From IMG/VR virus record IMGVR_UViG_3300047392_000199, positions 7,164-71,163 of that record: DNA of 64,000 nt. One strand, given 5' to 3'. Source of the stretch: a virus (Duplodnaviria > Caudoviricetes). Numbering within the stretch: the stretch's first letter is position 1; the number at the start of each line of letters is the position of its first letter. Of this stretch, positions 38,768-48,470 are shown piece by piece. Below the pieces are notes generated by a model that did not search any database, was not told the origin of the DNA, and saw nothing but the letters and a program-made list of their open reading frames with translations. A program made the translations under genes and the position numbers.

Positions 38768-40285
38768 ATGGCAAATTTAATTAATGAAGCTGAAATCAGA
38801 GAAACTTGGGCACCGATCATCGAATCTGCTACAGGAATCAACGATGCTTCTAAACTAGCTTGGATGTCAGAGTACTGCCACAATCATAAATTGTATGAAG
38901 ATGCAAACATGATGGCTTTAGGTAGCGCTGGTAACATCTTTGGTATGGGTGCTGTAACTTTACCTTCTGCATTTGGTACAAACGTAACAAACGCACAAAA
39001 AGGTTCTGGTGACAAATCTCCTACTTTATTACCTTTAGCAATGCAAGTTGCTGCACAAACAATTGGTCTTGATTTAGTACCAGTAATCCCTATGGCTGGT
39101 CCAATGGGTCTTTTATCTTACTTAGACTTCGTTTACGAAGGTGGTAAGTTATCTGGAACTACTTCTCCAACTTACGTTAAAATGGATTCTACTTATGCAG
39201 GTATTCAAGATATCGCTGCATCTGCTGGTGTTTATATCGGTTTTGACTACGTTGGTAAATCACGTATCGATGGTTACTCTATCTTTAAACTTTCTGGTAA
39301 TCCAGTTGCATCTATTGCTGCTGACTTTATCTTAGGTTGGGATGCACAAAACAGTGGTACTAACCCTACTTCTACTCAATTGGACATCCAATTAGTAAAA
39401 GCATTAGAAGATCACGTTCCAGGATTTGCTGGAGTACAAAATGCGTCTAACATCTCTGAACCTTTTACAAGAGGAGTTGGTGAACAAACTAATGAGAAGA
39501 TCATGGGTCTTTCATTGTTCTCTAAAGCTGTTGAAGCTAAGACTTTCCAAGTTGCAGCTGCAGTAACTCGTGAGCAAGTTCAAGACTTAAAACAATTCGG
39601 AGTTGATGCTGTTGCACAAGTTGAAGCAGTTTTAGTTAACGAATTAACTCAAAACATCAATGATTTAATCATCAATAACGTTGGTGCATTAGGAGTATTA
39701 AATATCACTAAAGCTGCTGCAGCTGGTGATCTTCCTAGTTCTACAGCATTGAACGTAAAATTACTTCTAGCTTCTGCATTTACTGGTGGTCAAACAGAAG
39801 GTTCTGAGCACAGAAAAATCTTAACTGGAATTTTAGCAGCTGCTAACTTGATCGCTAACCGTGGTCGTCGTGGTGCTGGTAACTTCTGTGTTGTAGGTCC
39901 ACAAGTTGCTACAGTATTACAATCTGTTGCTGGTTTCGTACCAAATCCTTTTGCTAATACTATTTCTCAAGCTGCTGGTGCTATCTACCCTGTAGGTTCT
40001 GTAGCTGGAATTCAAGTTTACACTAACCCAAAATGGGCTTGGAACTACCAAGATGTTTTAGTTGGTCGTAAAGGAGATGGTAATGGTCCTGGATTAGTTT
40101 TCATGCCTTACTTAATGGCTGAATCAGTTCAAACTATCGCTGAAGGAACTATGGCTCCTAAAATCGCGGTTAAATCTAGATTCGCTCTAGTTGAAGCTGG
40201 TTTCCACCCTGAAACTCAATACGTTAAGTTCAGTATTACTAAATTAGATGGTAATGCATTCTCTAACTTGTTAAACTTGGTTTAA
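38768..40285 (+). CDS. major capsid protein (gp23)
   Basis: DLVPVIPMAGP, EQVQDL, IANRGRRGAGNF, FMPY, PKIAVKSRF. ATG 38768 preferred over 38720. Confidence 0.93.
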   Translation: MANLINEAEIRETWAPIIESATGINDASKLAWMSEYCHNHKLYEDANMMALGSAGNIFGMGAVTLPSAFGTNVTNAQKGSGDKSPTLLPLAMQVAAQTIGLDLVPVIPMAGPMGLLSYLDFVYEGGKLSGTTSPTYVKMDSTYAGIQDIAASAGVYIGFDYVGKSRIDGYSIFKLSGNPVASIAADFILGWDAQNSGTNPTSTQLDIQLVKALEDHVPGFAGVQNASNISEPFTRGVGEQTNEKIMGLSLFSKAVEAKTFQVAAAVTREQVQDLKQFGVDAVAQVEAVLVNELTQNINDLIINNVGALGVLNITKAAAAGDLPSSTALNVKLLLASAFTGGQTEGSEHRKILTGILAAANLIANRGRRGAGNFCVVGPQVATVLQSVAGFVPNPFANTISQAAGAIYPVGSVAGIQVYTNPKWAWNYQDVLVGRKGDGNGPGLVFMPYLMAESVQTIAEGTMAPKIAVKSRFALVEAGFHPETQYVKFSITKLDGNAFSNLLNLV

Positions 40286-40327
40286 TCTGTATTGAAACTA
40301 ATATAACTATCAATTAGTATATTATAT

Positions 40328-40362
40328 GAAAAGGCTCTCCATTGGAGAGCCTTTTCTTTTTT
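40328..40362 (+). terminator. intrinsic terminator after the capsid gene
   Basis: GAAAAGGCTCTCC-ATT-GGAGAGCCTTTTC followed by Ts. Confidence 0.85.
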
Positions 40363-40413
40363 ACCAAGAAAAGTAAATATATAAACCATATCCAAACATA
40401 AACATAAAAGAAT

Positions 40414-41673
40414 ATGGAACAATCAAAATTTAATAGTTGGTACACTAGAGTTCTAGAAGCCGTTAATACGCCTGAACCTACAGCAACTACCGAAACTGAA
40501 GTTGAAACAAAACCTACAGGATCTGCTGGTCCAGAAACAGGTTCATCAACTCCATCTTTTTCAAGAGAAGAAATCATTAATGATATTGATACTATCATGA
40601 CTCATCTTTCTCAATTAGGTTCTCAAGTTAAAGAAGAACTTGAAAATGATGAAGTATTTGACGTAAACGAAGCTGGTGAAGAAACAGCAATGTCAAAAGT
40701 TAAAGATTTCTTATTTGCACCTAAATATCGTTCAATGCAGGCTAAAATCAATAAAATGAAGATGAATGCATTAGATATTAAAATCACAGCTGATAATTTA
40801 GGAGGAAAAGAAGGTACACCTGAAAAAGCAAAAAAAGATATGTTGTTAACTAAAAAGACAACATTAGATAATCAAATTGATAATCTTCAAAAAGCAGTTG
40901 ATTCTAAAGCTCAAGACCGAGGATCTTATGTACAAAAAGTTTTAAAATCTGAAAAGATTAAAGGACAAATGGATTTAGTTAAAAGAGCATCTGGTCAAGA
41001 AGATGATCCAGCTAAGAAAAAATCTTTAGCAGATTCTGCAAAAGAATTAGCTGCAAGATATAAAGAAGAACAAGAAGCCGTTAAAGATTTAAAAGATAAA
41101 GCTGAACCATCTCCAGAAGAAAAGGCTAAAGCTGAAAAGGATAAAGCTGATAAAGCAGAAGCTAAAAAGAAAGCAGATCAAGAAAAGGCTGATAAAGAAG
41201 CTGAAGATGAAAAAGCAGCAGCAAAAGCAAAAGAAGATGCAATTGCAGCCGATAAAAAAGCAGAAGATGAAAAAGCAGCAGCTGATAAAGCTGAAGCTGA
41301 CGACAAAGAAGCAGCTGACGATAAAGCAGCAGCAGATAAAGAACCAAAGGAAGAGCCTAAAACTGAACCAAAGGAAGAACCAAAGGAAGAACCTAAGAAA
41401 GGAGAACCAGAAGATAAAAATTCTAAAGACGGAATGATCGCAAGATATAAAGAACTCTTAAAGAAAGCTGAAGAATCTGGTGATGAAGAGAAAATCAAGA
41501 AAATCAAAGATAAAATTGCCGCAATTTCTGCAAAAGAATCATGGCAATTAGAAGGTACCGAATTAGGTAGAATATTAGAAGCTGAATTAAGATTATTAGA
41601 ATCTCAAACTAAATTAAATGAAAATAAATTTGGTATGTCAGTAGCTGAAAAAATGAGAATTCTATTAGGTTAA
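40414..41673 (+). CDS. late, charged low-complexity protein (probable head-internal)
   Basis: Late promoter at 40376; KA(A/E)D(K/E) and KEEP repeats; (V/L)NE junctions. Confidence 0.6.
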   Translation: MEQSKFNSWYTRVLEAVNTPEPTATTETEVETKPTGSAGPETGSSTPSFSREEIINDIDTIMTHLSQLGSQVKEELENDEVFDVNEAGEETAMSKVKDFLFAPKYRSMQAKINKMKMNALDIKITADNLGGKEGTPEKAKKDMLLTKKTTLDNQIDNLQKAVDSKAQDRGSYVQKVLKSEKIKGQMDLVKRASGQEDDPAKKKSLADSAKELAARYKEEQEAVKDLKDKAEPSPEEKAKAEKDKADKAEAKKKADQEKADKEAEDEKAAAKAKEDAIAADKKAEDEKAAADKAEADDKEAADDKAAADKEPKEEPKTEPKEEPKEEPKKGEPEDKNSKDGMIARYKELLKKAEESGDEEKIKKIKDKIAAISAKESWQLEGTELGRILEAELRLLESQTKLNENKFGMSVAEKMRILLG

Positions 41674-42179
41674 TTAACTTTAGAATTCTTTTTAGCCAAT
41701 TTTAAAAGCTCTTGTTGTTCATTCAACAGGAGCTTTTTTACATATTTACGAAATTCTACTGAGGATTTAAGAATTCGGCTATCGACCATTGGAGCCTTTA
41801 AAATGTCGTGGTATTCTGGATGGACAAAGTTTTCTATACTAAAGTCATCTGTTCTACAAGTGATTGGCTTACCACTGACGGCACAAACCCAAGGGATTGA
41901 GTTATAATTGTCTAAGAGTTCTGATTTCTCTACGATTGACCCGGTTGACCAGTCATAGTACATACGGTCTTTATACTTGAATGGTTGTACCGAGTAGTTT
42001 GTAAGTTCTAATAGTATTTGTACAAATTGATCGTCTTTGGCTCTATCCTTGATGATCGGATGATCCGCTAAGAATCTTCTCTGCAGCCTGGATAGGTACT
42101 TTAATATGATACCATACTTATTAGATGGAAAAGGTCCACCTGTTCGAACAATCTTTGGAAATCTAACTCTAAATGCCAT
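41670..42179 (-). CDS. hypothetical protein
   Basis: Only long ORF in the gap; AATAAATA element upstream on the minus strand. Confidence 0.65.
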   Translation of the reverse strand: MAFRVRFPKIVRTGGPFPSNKYGIILKYLSRLQRRFLADHPIIKDRAKDDQFVQILLELTNYSVQPFKYKDRMYYDWSTGSIVEKSELLDNYNSIPWVCAVSGKPITCRTDDFSIENFVHPEYHDILKAPMVDSRILKSSVEFRKYVKKLLLNEQQELLKLAKKNSKVN

Positions 42180-42197
42180 ATAGTTTATTTATTTTTG

Positions 42198-42223
42198 AAA
42201 CTAAAAGAGCATTCTTGATATAA
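42198..42223 (+). promoter_or_regulatory. AAAC-N17-TATAA promoter
   Basis: Exact motif upstream of the clamp loader. Confidence 0.7.
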
Positions 42224-42253
42224 ATTAAACTAAAAGTGTATAAAAAATAATTT

Positions 42254-43204
42254 ATGGTTCACTCTCTTTTTACAGAAAAATATCGTCCGAAGAATCTATC
42301 GGAATTAATCTTACCAGATCGTGTAATGTCCAAATTTGAAAATGGAATCACACAGAATATGTTATTAGCTGGAAGTCCAGGAACTGGTAAAACATCTACA
42401 GCAAAAGCAATTGTTAATCAATTTGGTTTGCCGTACATTTATATCAACGCATCGACTGATACTTCAGTTGAAGTTATCCGTACCAGAATTACGGATTTCT
42501 GTTCAACAATGTCAATCTTAGATGACCAAGGCAAATTCAAAGTAGTTATCTTGGATGAGGTTGATGGAGTATCTGACCAGTTCTTTAAAGCATTACGTGC
42601 AACCATGGAACAATTTGCAAGTAACTCACGTTTTATTGCAACTTGTAATTATGTTAATAAGATTCCAGATCCAATTCTTTCTCGTTTTGAAGTTATCAAT
42701 TTTGACTTTGATAAAGCTGAAGAGACTGAGTTGACTAAGAAATATATTAAGAGAGTTTACGAAATCTGTGGTAAAGAAGAGATGACAATTGAAAAACCAG
42801 CATTGGTTGAATTTGTTAAACGTAACTTCCCAGACCTAAGAAGTACTCTTAATAAGTTGCAAGGTTATAAAACTCAAGGAACAGGAAACATCACAATTGA
42901 TGATGTTAAGAAATTTAACTCAGTTTATAAAGATGCATTTGAATTAATCTTTAACGAAACTGATCCTGCAAAGAACTATAAAGTTTTAGTTAGTGACTAT
43001 TCAAATAGAGTTGATGATATTCTACAATCTCTAGGAAATGATTTCATTGAATATGTGCAAGCTGAAAAACCAAATAGTGTTAAGCATATTCCTCAAATTG
43101 CAATCTGTGTAGCCAAACATCAAGCTCAAAGAGTTAATGTTATCGACCCAATCATTACAATGTTGAGTTGCTTTTACGAATTACAAACGATCGTAAGATC
43201 GTAA
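42254..43204 (+). CDS. clamp loader AAA+ subunit (gp44 / RFC-like)
   Basis: EKYRP, GSPGTGKT, INAS, LDEVD, SRF, FPDLR. Confidence 0.93.
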   Translation: MVHSLFTEKYRPKNLSELILPDRVMSKFENGITQNMLLAGSPGTGKTSTAKAIVNQFGLPYIYINASTDTSVEVIRTRITDFCSTMSILDDQGKFKVVILDEVDGVSDQFFKALRATMEQFASNSRFIATCNYVNKIPDPILSRFEVINFDFDKAEETELTKKYIKRVYEICGKEEMTIEKPALVEFVKRNFPDLRSTLNKLQGYKTQGTGNITIDDVKKFNSVYKDAFELIFNETDPAKNYKVLVSDYSNRVDDILQSLGNDFIEYVQAEKPNSVKHIPQIAICVAKHQAQRVNVIDPIITMLSCFYELQTIVRS

Positions 43205-43250
43205 AATAATTCAAAAATAATTCACTAAACAGTTTTTTATGTCAAGAAAA

Positions 43251-43267
43251 TTGTTTATATTTACATA
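43251..43267 (+). promoter_or_regulatory. early-type promoter TTGTTTATATTTACATA
   Basis: Identical to 11398 and shares upstream TTCACTAAA...TTTTTTATGTCA. Confidence 0.7.
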
Positions 43268-43291
43268 AGAAACAAATTAAAGAAATAATAT

Positions 43292-44512
43292 ATGAAGCTC
43301 GGAAATCATACACTACTTATCGATGGTAACTATTTCATCCACAGTAGATTGTTCGTTCTACCAAGACCTAAAAGCGGTGCCTTACTTGGTGATGATGCGA
43401 GCAAAGGACAGTTCATTCGAAAACTTGCAATCGACTTTGCATCTGAAGTTCGAAAAATGACTCCTTTTGTTAATCAAATCGTTTTTGCGGTTGATTCAAA
43501 ATCTTGGCGTAAGGATCTATTTCCAGAAGCGCAATATAAAGGTACACGTACTCAAGATAGTTCAGTTGATTGGTCGGCTGTCTATGAAGTATATGATGAA
43601 TTTAAATTAATCCTTGCTAAAAAAGGTGTTATTGTAAATCAAGTTAAAGGTGCAGAAGCTGATGATATTCTTTTTGCATGGTCGACCTATTTAAATACAC
43701 AAGGTAAGAATTGCATTATTTGGACTGGTGACCGTGACATGATTCAATTAGTTGATTACTCAAAGGCAACTGACGGTTATTCACTATGGTACTATAACAC
43801 TAAACGTAAATTAATTGCATTCGAAGGATTCAATGATATTTTCAGCAATACAACTGAATTAGAAATCTCAAATGATGATTTGTTATTCAATATGGACAGT
43901 CCTAGTCATCAAAGTGATCGTATTAAAAATGAAATGATTGATTGGATGAAAAAGAATTCAATTGAAGTCGAAGAAATTAACTGTGATCGTTTCGTTTTCC
44001 AAAAGATTCTAATGGGCGACAAATCTGATAATATTAAATCAGTTGTTACGTACCAAAAACCTATGAAAAATGGTAAAGATCGTACATTCTCAATTACCGA
44101 CAAACAGGCAGAAGCTATCTTAGAACAATACATTAAAGAAGAAGGCGAATTTGTTATTGACCACATGTTTAACAAAACACAAGTTGATAAGATTGTTAAC
44201 CTGATTTATCGCGTTATTGGTCATGACACTCAAGCAAATATCCTTAATAGATTTAATCAAAATCTTGATTTGATGCTGCTTCACTACAATACAATACCAG
44301 AACCAATTCAACAGGAAATTACTAAAGTAATTGATCGTGATAAAGAAACTGAACCAGCAATTATGGTACTTTCTCAAATGGAAAAGATTCTTGAAGGATC
44401 TAGTTGGTTGAAAAAAGCAAATCAAACTCCGGTAGATTTTGATGCATTTGCTGGTCTAGATGAGAATGAAACAAAAGACAAAGATTCATCTACAACTATT
44501 AAATTGTTTTAA
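43292..44512 (+). CDS. T4 RNase H-like 5'-3' exonuclease / flap nuclease
   Basis: IDGN, SWRK, YKGTR, EADD, GDRDMIQL, GDKSDNI. Confidence 0.9.
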   Translation: MKLGNHTLLIDGNYFIHSRLFVLPRPKSGALLGDDASKGQFIRKLAIDFASEVRKMTPFVNQIVFAVDSKSWRKDLFPEAQYKGTRTQDSSVDWSAVYEVYDEFKLILAKKGVIVNQVKGAEADDILFAWSTYLNTQGKNCIIWTGDRDMIQLVDYSKATDGYSLWYYNTKRKLIAFEGFNDIFSNTTELEISNDDLLFNMDSPSHQSDRIKNEMIDWMKKNSIEVEEINCDRFVFQKILMGDKSDNIKSVVTYQKPMKNGKDRTFSITDKQAEAILEQYIKEEGEFVIDHMFNKTQVDKIVNLIYRVIGHDTQANILNRFNQNLDLMLLHYNTIPEPIQQEITKVIDRDKETEPAIMVLSQMEKILEGSSWLKKANQTPVDFDAFAGLDENETKDKDSSTTIKLF

Positions 44513-44664
44513 TGCCAGAAATTGTAGAAGAAATCTTAAAAGAAGCAAAAGAATGGGGTCTTGAATATGAGGTAAAGGTATTCGCCGAAAGTCACATGTC
44601 TCAAGACCCAAGTCTTTCAATAGAACAAGCCTACACTGAGGCATATAATGATTGGATAAAATAA
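44512..44664 (+). CDS. small hypothetical protein MPEIVEEILKEAKEWGLEYEV...
   Basis: 50-aa ORF read by hand, TAATG-coupled to the RNase H stop. Confidence 0.6.
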   Translation: MPEIVEEILKEAKEWGLEYEVKVFAESHMSQDPSLSIEQAYTEAYNDWIK

Positions 44665-44668
44665 AACT

Positions 44669-45097
44669 ATGCTAGATGAAACTAAATTATTCGACTTTGT
44701 GAAAATCATGTTTACAAAGCCGAAAGACTATAAAAATATTAAGGACTTTAATAAGAAACGTCATCATTTCATGATTAACCGTTTCTTTTCAATTAAGTTT
44801 CCTGCAAATGCACAAGCATTTAATATCAATGGTATTAATGGACTTGCAGTTATTGATAGTTGGGCTCTAGTAGCTCAACGTTTTTCTGCGGTTCCACCCT
44901 GGATTTATACAAAAACTAAAAAATCTGAATCGGCACCTGTCGATAAAAAAGAATACATACCTAGTCAAGAGGCAATCGAATTCTATATGAAAAAGAATGA
45001 GATTGGTAAAAGAGAATACAATGAAGCTTTAAAGTTTTTCAAAAAAGAAACACTCGAAGAACTTAAAAGACTTGATGAAAATATAAAAGTTTATTAA
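44669..45097 (+). CDS. clamp loader small subunit (gp62-like)
   Basis: LFDFV, FMINRFFS, PWIYTK, EALK pattern; 142 aa; near gp44. Confidence 0.6.
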   Translation: MLDETKLFDFVKIMFTKPKDYKNIKDFNKKRHHFMINRFFSIKFPANAQAFNINGINGLAVIDSWALVAQRFSAVPPWIYTKTKKSESAPVDKKEYIPSQEAIEFYMKKNEIGKREYNEALKFFKKETLEELKRLDENIKVY

Positions 45098-45777
45098 TGC
45101 AAGATGATTTCTCAATGTATGATGCTGCCGATGTTGTTGATATCGTGCTTTTTAAATACAATTATAACGATAATAAACTTTGGACTGGAATTAGAAACAA
45201 AATAGAGTTTCTTAGCCCTGATAAAAATTCAATAATTGTTACTAAAGATCAGCTTCTAGATTTTATTGAAAGAGAATTCCCAAATGAGATTAATTTATTT
45301 AATTCAGTTGGATTTGAAGTTATGCATAAAGAGGTCAATTCAATCTTCTTTATTACTAAACTTCTTACTCAAATGAAACATCTTAGATGGATCAAATTAA
45401 CTCTTAATAAGAATAGAACTTACAGCAGATTGACCAAGGATGAAGGAGGTCAAGATACAATTAAATTTGGATTTAAAATACTTCACTTAACATTAAAGAC
45501 CTTTGAGATTTTTGATGAAGATGAAGTAGTTATTTTTAATAAAGTCCTACATGAACAACGAATCCTAGATGAAGGTGTTCCATATAAAAGACTAAAGCTA
45601 AATGACCTATTAGATCGTTTAGATCGATGGTTAATGGTTGCTGATAAAGGAAAAGTTAAAGAACTTTCAGACAATGAGATGGATGTTGTAGATACAATTT
45701 CTATCATGTTAGATATGATGAGCGATCCAAAACTAGGTGGCGATAATCCAGAAGTCCTACTAGTCACCGATTACTGA
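45097..45777 (+). CDS. hypothetical protein
   Basis: TAATG-coupled ORF. Confidence 0.6.
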   Translation: MQDDFSMYDAADVVDIVLFKYNYNDNKLWTGIRNKIEFLSPDKNSIIVTKDQLLDFIEREFPNEINLFNSVGFEVMHKEVNSIFFITKLLTQMKHLRWIKLTLNKNRTYSRLTKDEGGQDTIKFGFKILHLTLKTFEIFDEDEVVIFNKVLHEQRILDEGVPYKRLKLNDLLDRLDRWLMVADKGKVKELSDNEMDVVDTISIMLDMMSDPKLGGDNPEVLLVTDY

Positions 45778-45806
45778 GAATATATAAACAAAATTAACTC
45801 ATTGTA

Positions 45807-47753
45807 ATGGTTACAGGTAGTATTGCAACAGCATACGGCGATTTTCTAATTGCATCAATCAAGACTCCATATTTAAACTTAAAGAAAGTTTTAACATGGA
45901 ACATACTTTCTGGAGTATCAGACGTTTCAACATTAGGAACCCTAAGTTTTACTAGTGGTTCTACTGTTGTTTCTGGAACAGGAACAGACTTTACTCGATT
46001 TTTCCAAAATTCACATTTTATTATTGTTGGAAACCGAATTTTAGAAATTGCAACCGTAACAAATAGTACAACATTAGTACTAACTCTTCCAGTTAATTTC
46101 TCTGGTTCTGGATTTACTTTTTACCGACCAGAAGACGCAAATAACAAATTTGATTATTCTTTTAGACTTTCTACTGATAAAGGTAAAACTTTTAGTGAAT
46201 TTTCTGACTTAAATACAGGTACATTACCTGGAGATATTAAAGCATACTTATGGAATTCAGGAGCTGATGTACTAATTGATTTTGGTGCAGAAGTTGCAGC
46301 ATTAAATACTGGTGCTAAATTAACATTTATCTCTGCAACTTTAACGGTTGAAACGGTTGCTGGAACAATTGAATCATGTCCACATTTTTGTACAACATGC
46401 ACAGATCCTTTCATTTATTCAGGTTGCGCAACAATTGAAGCAACTTGCTCAGATCCTAATGCGCTATTTCAACCATATAAACAATTTAGATCCCAACAGA
46501 CTTATATACAATTAGCAAACATCGTTAAGAATATATTTGGTCATCAAGTTACTTACTTTAGAACTGAACCAGATAAGAGAACAAAGGACGTTATCTTAAT
46601 GGAATATTCATTACATAATGTTGTTGACCAGGACGTTGTTAAAATCTTGGTTCCAGACAATGAATTTCCGCAAGAATCTACAACTAATTTTGATATGTTT
46701 GGTATGGAATTTGAAGATTTCGAAATTCATATTACTCAACAAGAATTCCAAACTGTTTTTGGACAGGGTACAAGACCACGTGAGCATGACTATATGTTTA
46801 TTCCAATTATTAATAAAATGTACATGATTAATTCAGTTTCTTTAGGAGACCGTTTTAATGAGACAATCACATATTGGAAAGTGATGTTGACTAAATACCA
46901 AAATGATACAGCAGTACTTAAAAATAGTTTTGAATCTCTAACTGACTCATTAACCACCGATATTGACGAAGTATTTGGTGCTGAAATTCAAGATGAGTAC
47001 ATCAAAAATACTAAGCCTGAAATTTTCCAAACAGTTTCAACTGCCTATTTAGATGGTATTAGAAATTTTGTATCTGCTGACTTAAAAATTATTGATAATG
47101 AAATTAAGAATAGATGGACAACCGTTTCTAAAAATTATTACGATCTTTCAAAAGTAACAGTTGGATCGCCAGCAATTGAATACACATCCCCTGTAAAATC
47201 ATCAACTGGATTTGGATTAACATGTTGGTTCTCTCCAGAATTTAATTTTAGTTCAACAACCGACTATTGGGTATTTGGAAACACGACAATTAACAAAGGA
47301 GTTAAAGTTACCATTTCCGGACAGAACATTAAAGTTTATATCAATGCAAACACATATACATTTACAACAAATGTTATTATGGGAAAAGATAGATGGTATG
47401 GTCTGGTTATAAATGGTAACAAACAATTTAATCAATTATCAGTTGCTCTATATTCATTAGATCCAAATAATAATAATGGACGTCCACAATCTTCTTCAAA
47501 TGATTTAGTAAAAGTATTTGAAGAGACTAGAAATCAAGTTTATAATATTGCTTGGGATATTCCTGAATCTAAATATTCACTTAAAGGTGGATTGTTAAAA
47601 TTAACTAATGTACGATTATTTAATATTCCAGTTGAAACAGAACAACATAGTAATGTGTTAAACCAATATGTTGTTCATGATAATCAACTTGCAAATATTA
47701 TAGATAATGCTATCCCGTCTCTTGGATTCCAGAAATTCAGAAACTCACGATAA
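45807..47753 (+). CDS. neck protein (gp14-like core) with extra N- and C-terminal beta domains
   Basis: Central FGHQVTYFR, FDMFGMEF, RPREHDYMFIP; late promoter at 45779. Confidence 0.6.
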   Translation: MVTGSIATAYGDFLIASIKTPYLNLKKVLTWNILSGVSDVSTLGTLSFTSGSTVVSGTGTDFTRFFQNSHFIIVGNRILEIATVTNSTTLVLTLPVNFSGSGFTFYRPEDANNKFDYSFRLSTDKGKTFSEFSDLNTGTLPGDIKAYLWNSGADVLIDFGAEVAALNTGAKLTFISATLTVETVAGTIESCPHFCTTCTDPFIYSGCATIEATCSDPNALFQPYKQFRSQQTYIQLANIVKNIFGHQVTYFRTEPDKRTKDVILMEYSLHNVVDQDVVKILVPDNEFPQESTTNFDMFGMEFEDFEIHITQQEFQTVFGQGTRPREHDYMFIPIINKMYMINSVSLGDRFNETITYWKVMLTKYQNDTAVLKNSFESLTDSLTTDIDEVFGAEIQDEYIKNTKPEIFQTVSTAYLDGIRNFVSADLKIIDNEIKNRWTTVSKNYYDLSKVTVGSPAIEYTSPVKSSTGFGLTCWFSPEFNFSSTTDYWVFGNTTINKGVKVTISGQNIKVYINANTYTFTTNVIMGKDRWYGLVINGNKQFNQLSVALYSLDPNNNNGRPQSSSNDLVKVFEETRNQVYNIAWDIPESKYSLKGGLLKLTNVRLFNIPVETEQHSNVLNQYVVHDNQLANIIDNAIPSLGFQKFRNSR

Positions 47754-47789
47754 TTATTGGGATAGATATTCTATAAATAATATCATATT

Positions 47790-48470
47790 ATGTCAGAAGA
47801 AAAAGATAAGAATAGGCCAATTCGTGACCAGGCAGAGGATATTCGTAAAGAATTAGAATGGTTAATTGGTGATGAGGAATCTTTAACAGATTTAGTCGAC
47901 ACAGATACTCCATTGCCATCTGTCCCACCGGCACATAAAAGTCCTGCAGTTTCATATAGTACTTTAAAATCAAGTTCAGAAACTCAGGCTAAGAAAACGA
48001 TTACAGCATTAATGAAATTCTATCTCGATGCAGACATTATCGAGAATGATGAGTATGTTAAGGCAAAAAAGAAGATGGATGAAATGACAATGTCCTCTCT
48101 AGTTTATCAGCTTCAAGCTGGTGAAAGAGCCCTAACAATACTATTAGAAACTATTGAAGATGGAGAGCTGTCTCCGAGAATGTTCGAGGTATTGGCAACT
48201 TTACAAAAGTCGATGCTCGATATTATAAAATCACAAACCATGTATTTGATGGCAACTGAAGAATCTAACAAGAGAATTGCTAGAGATATTGAAGTTTACC
48301 GTAAAAACACAAATACAGCTCAGATTGAGGAAGTTGGAGGAGATTCTAAAGATCCAAATATCCAAAGAGGTACAAAGGACCTAATGAGAATGATTCAAAT
48401 GGGAATTAATCAATCTGGCACGGATGAAGGTCTTGATGTGATTGAAATAAACCCAGAAGATAATGAGTGA
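47790..48470 (+). CDS. terminase small subunit (gp16-like)
   Basis: SPRMFEVLATL, GTKDLMR; directly upstream of the large subunit. Confidence 0.7.
   Translation: MSEEKDKNRPIRDQAEDIRKELEWLIGDEESLTDLVDTDTPLPSVPPAHKSPAVSYSTLKSSSETQAKKTITALMKFYLDADIIENDEYVKAKKKMDEMTMSSLVYQLQAGERALTILLETIEDGELSPRMFEVLATLQKSMLDIIKSQTMYLMATEESNKRIARDIEVYRKNTNTAQIEEVGGDSKDPNIQRGTKDLMRMIQMGINQSGTDEGLDVIEINPEDNE

Noticed and set aside
40314-40598. 94-aa minus-strand ORF after the capsid gene
   Set aside because: Spans a terminator, a late promoter and the start of a better-supported plus-strand gene
41100-41420. CRISPR-like array
   Set aside because: Repeats are in-frame coding low-complexity sequence with no unique spacers, and no cas genes are present
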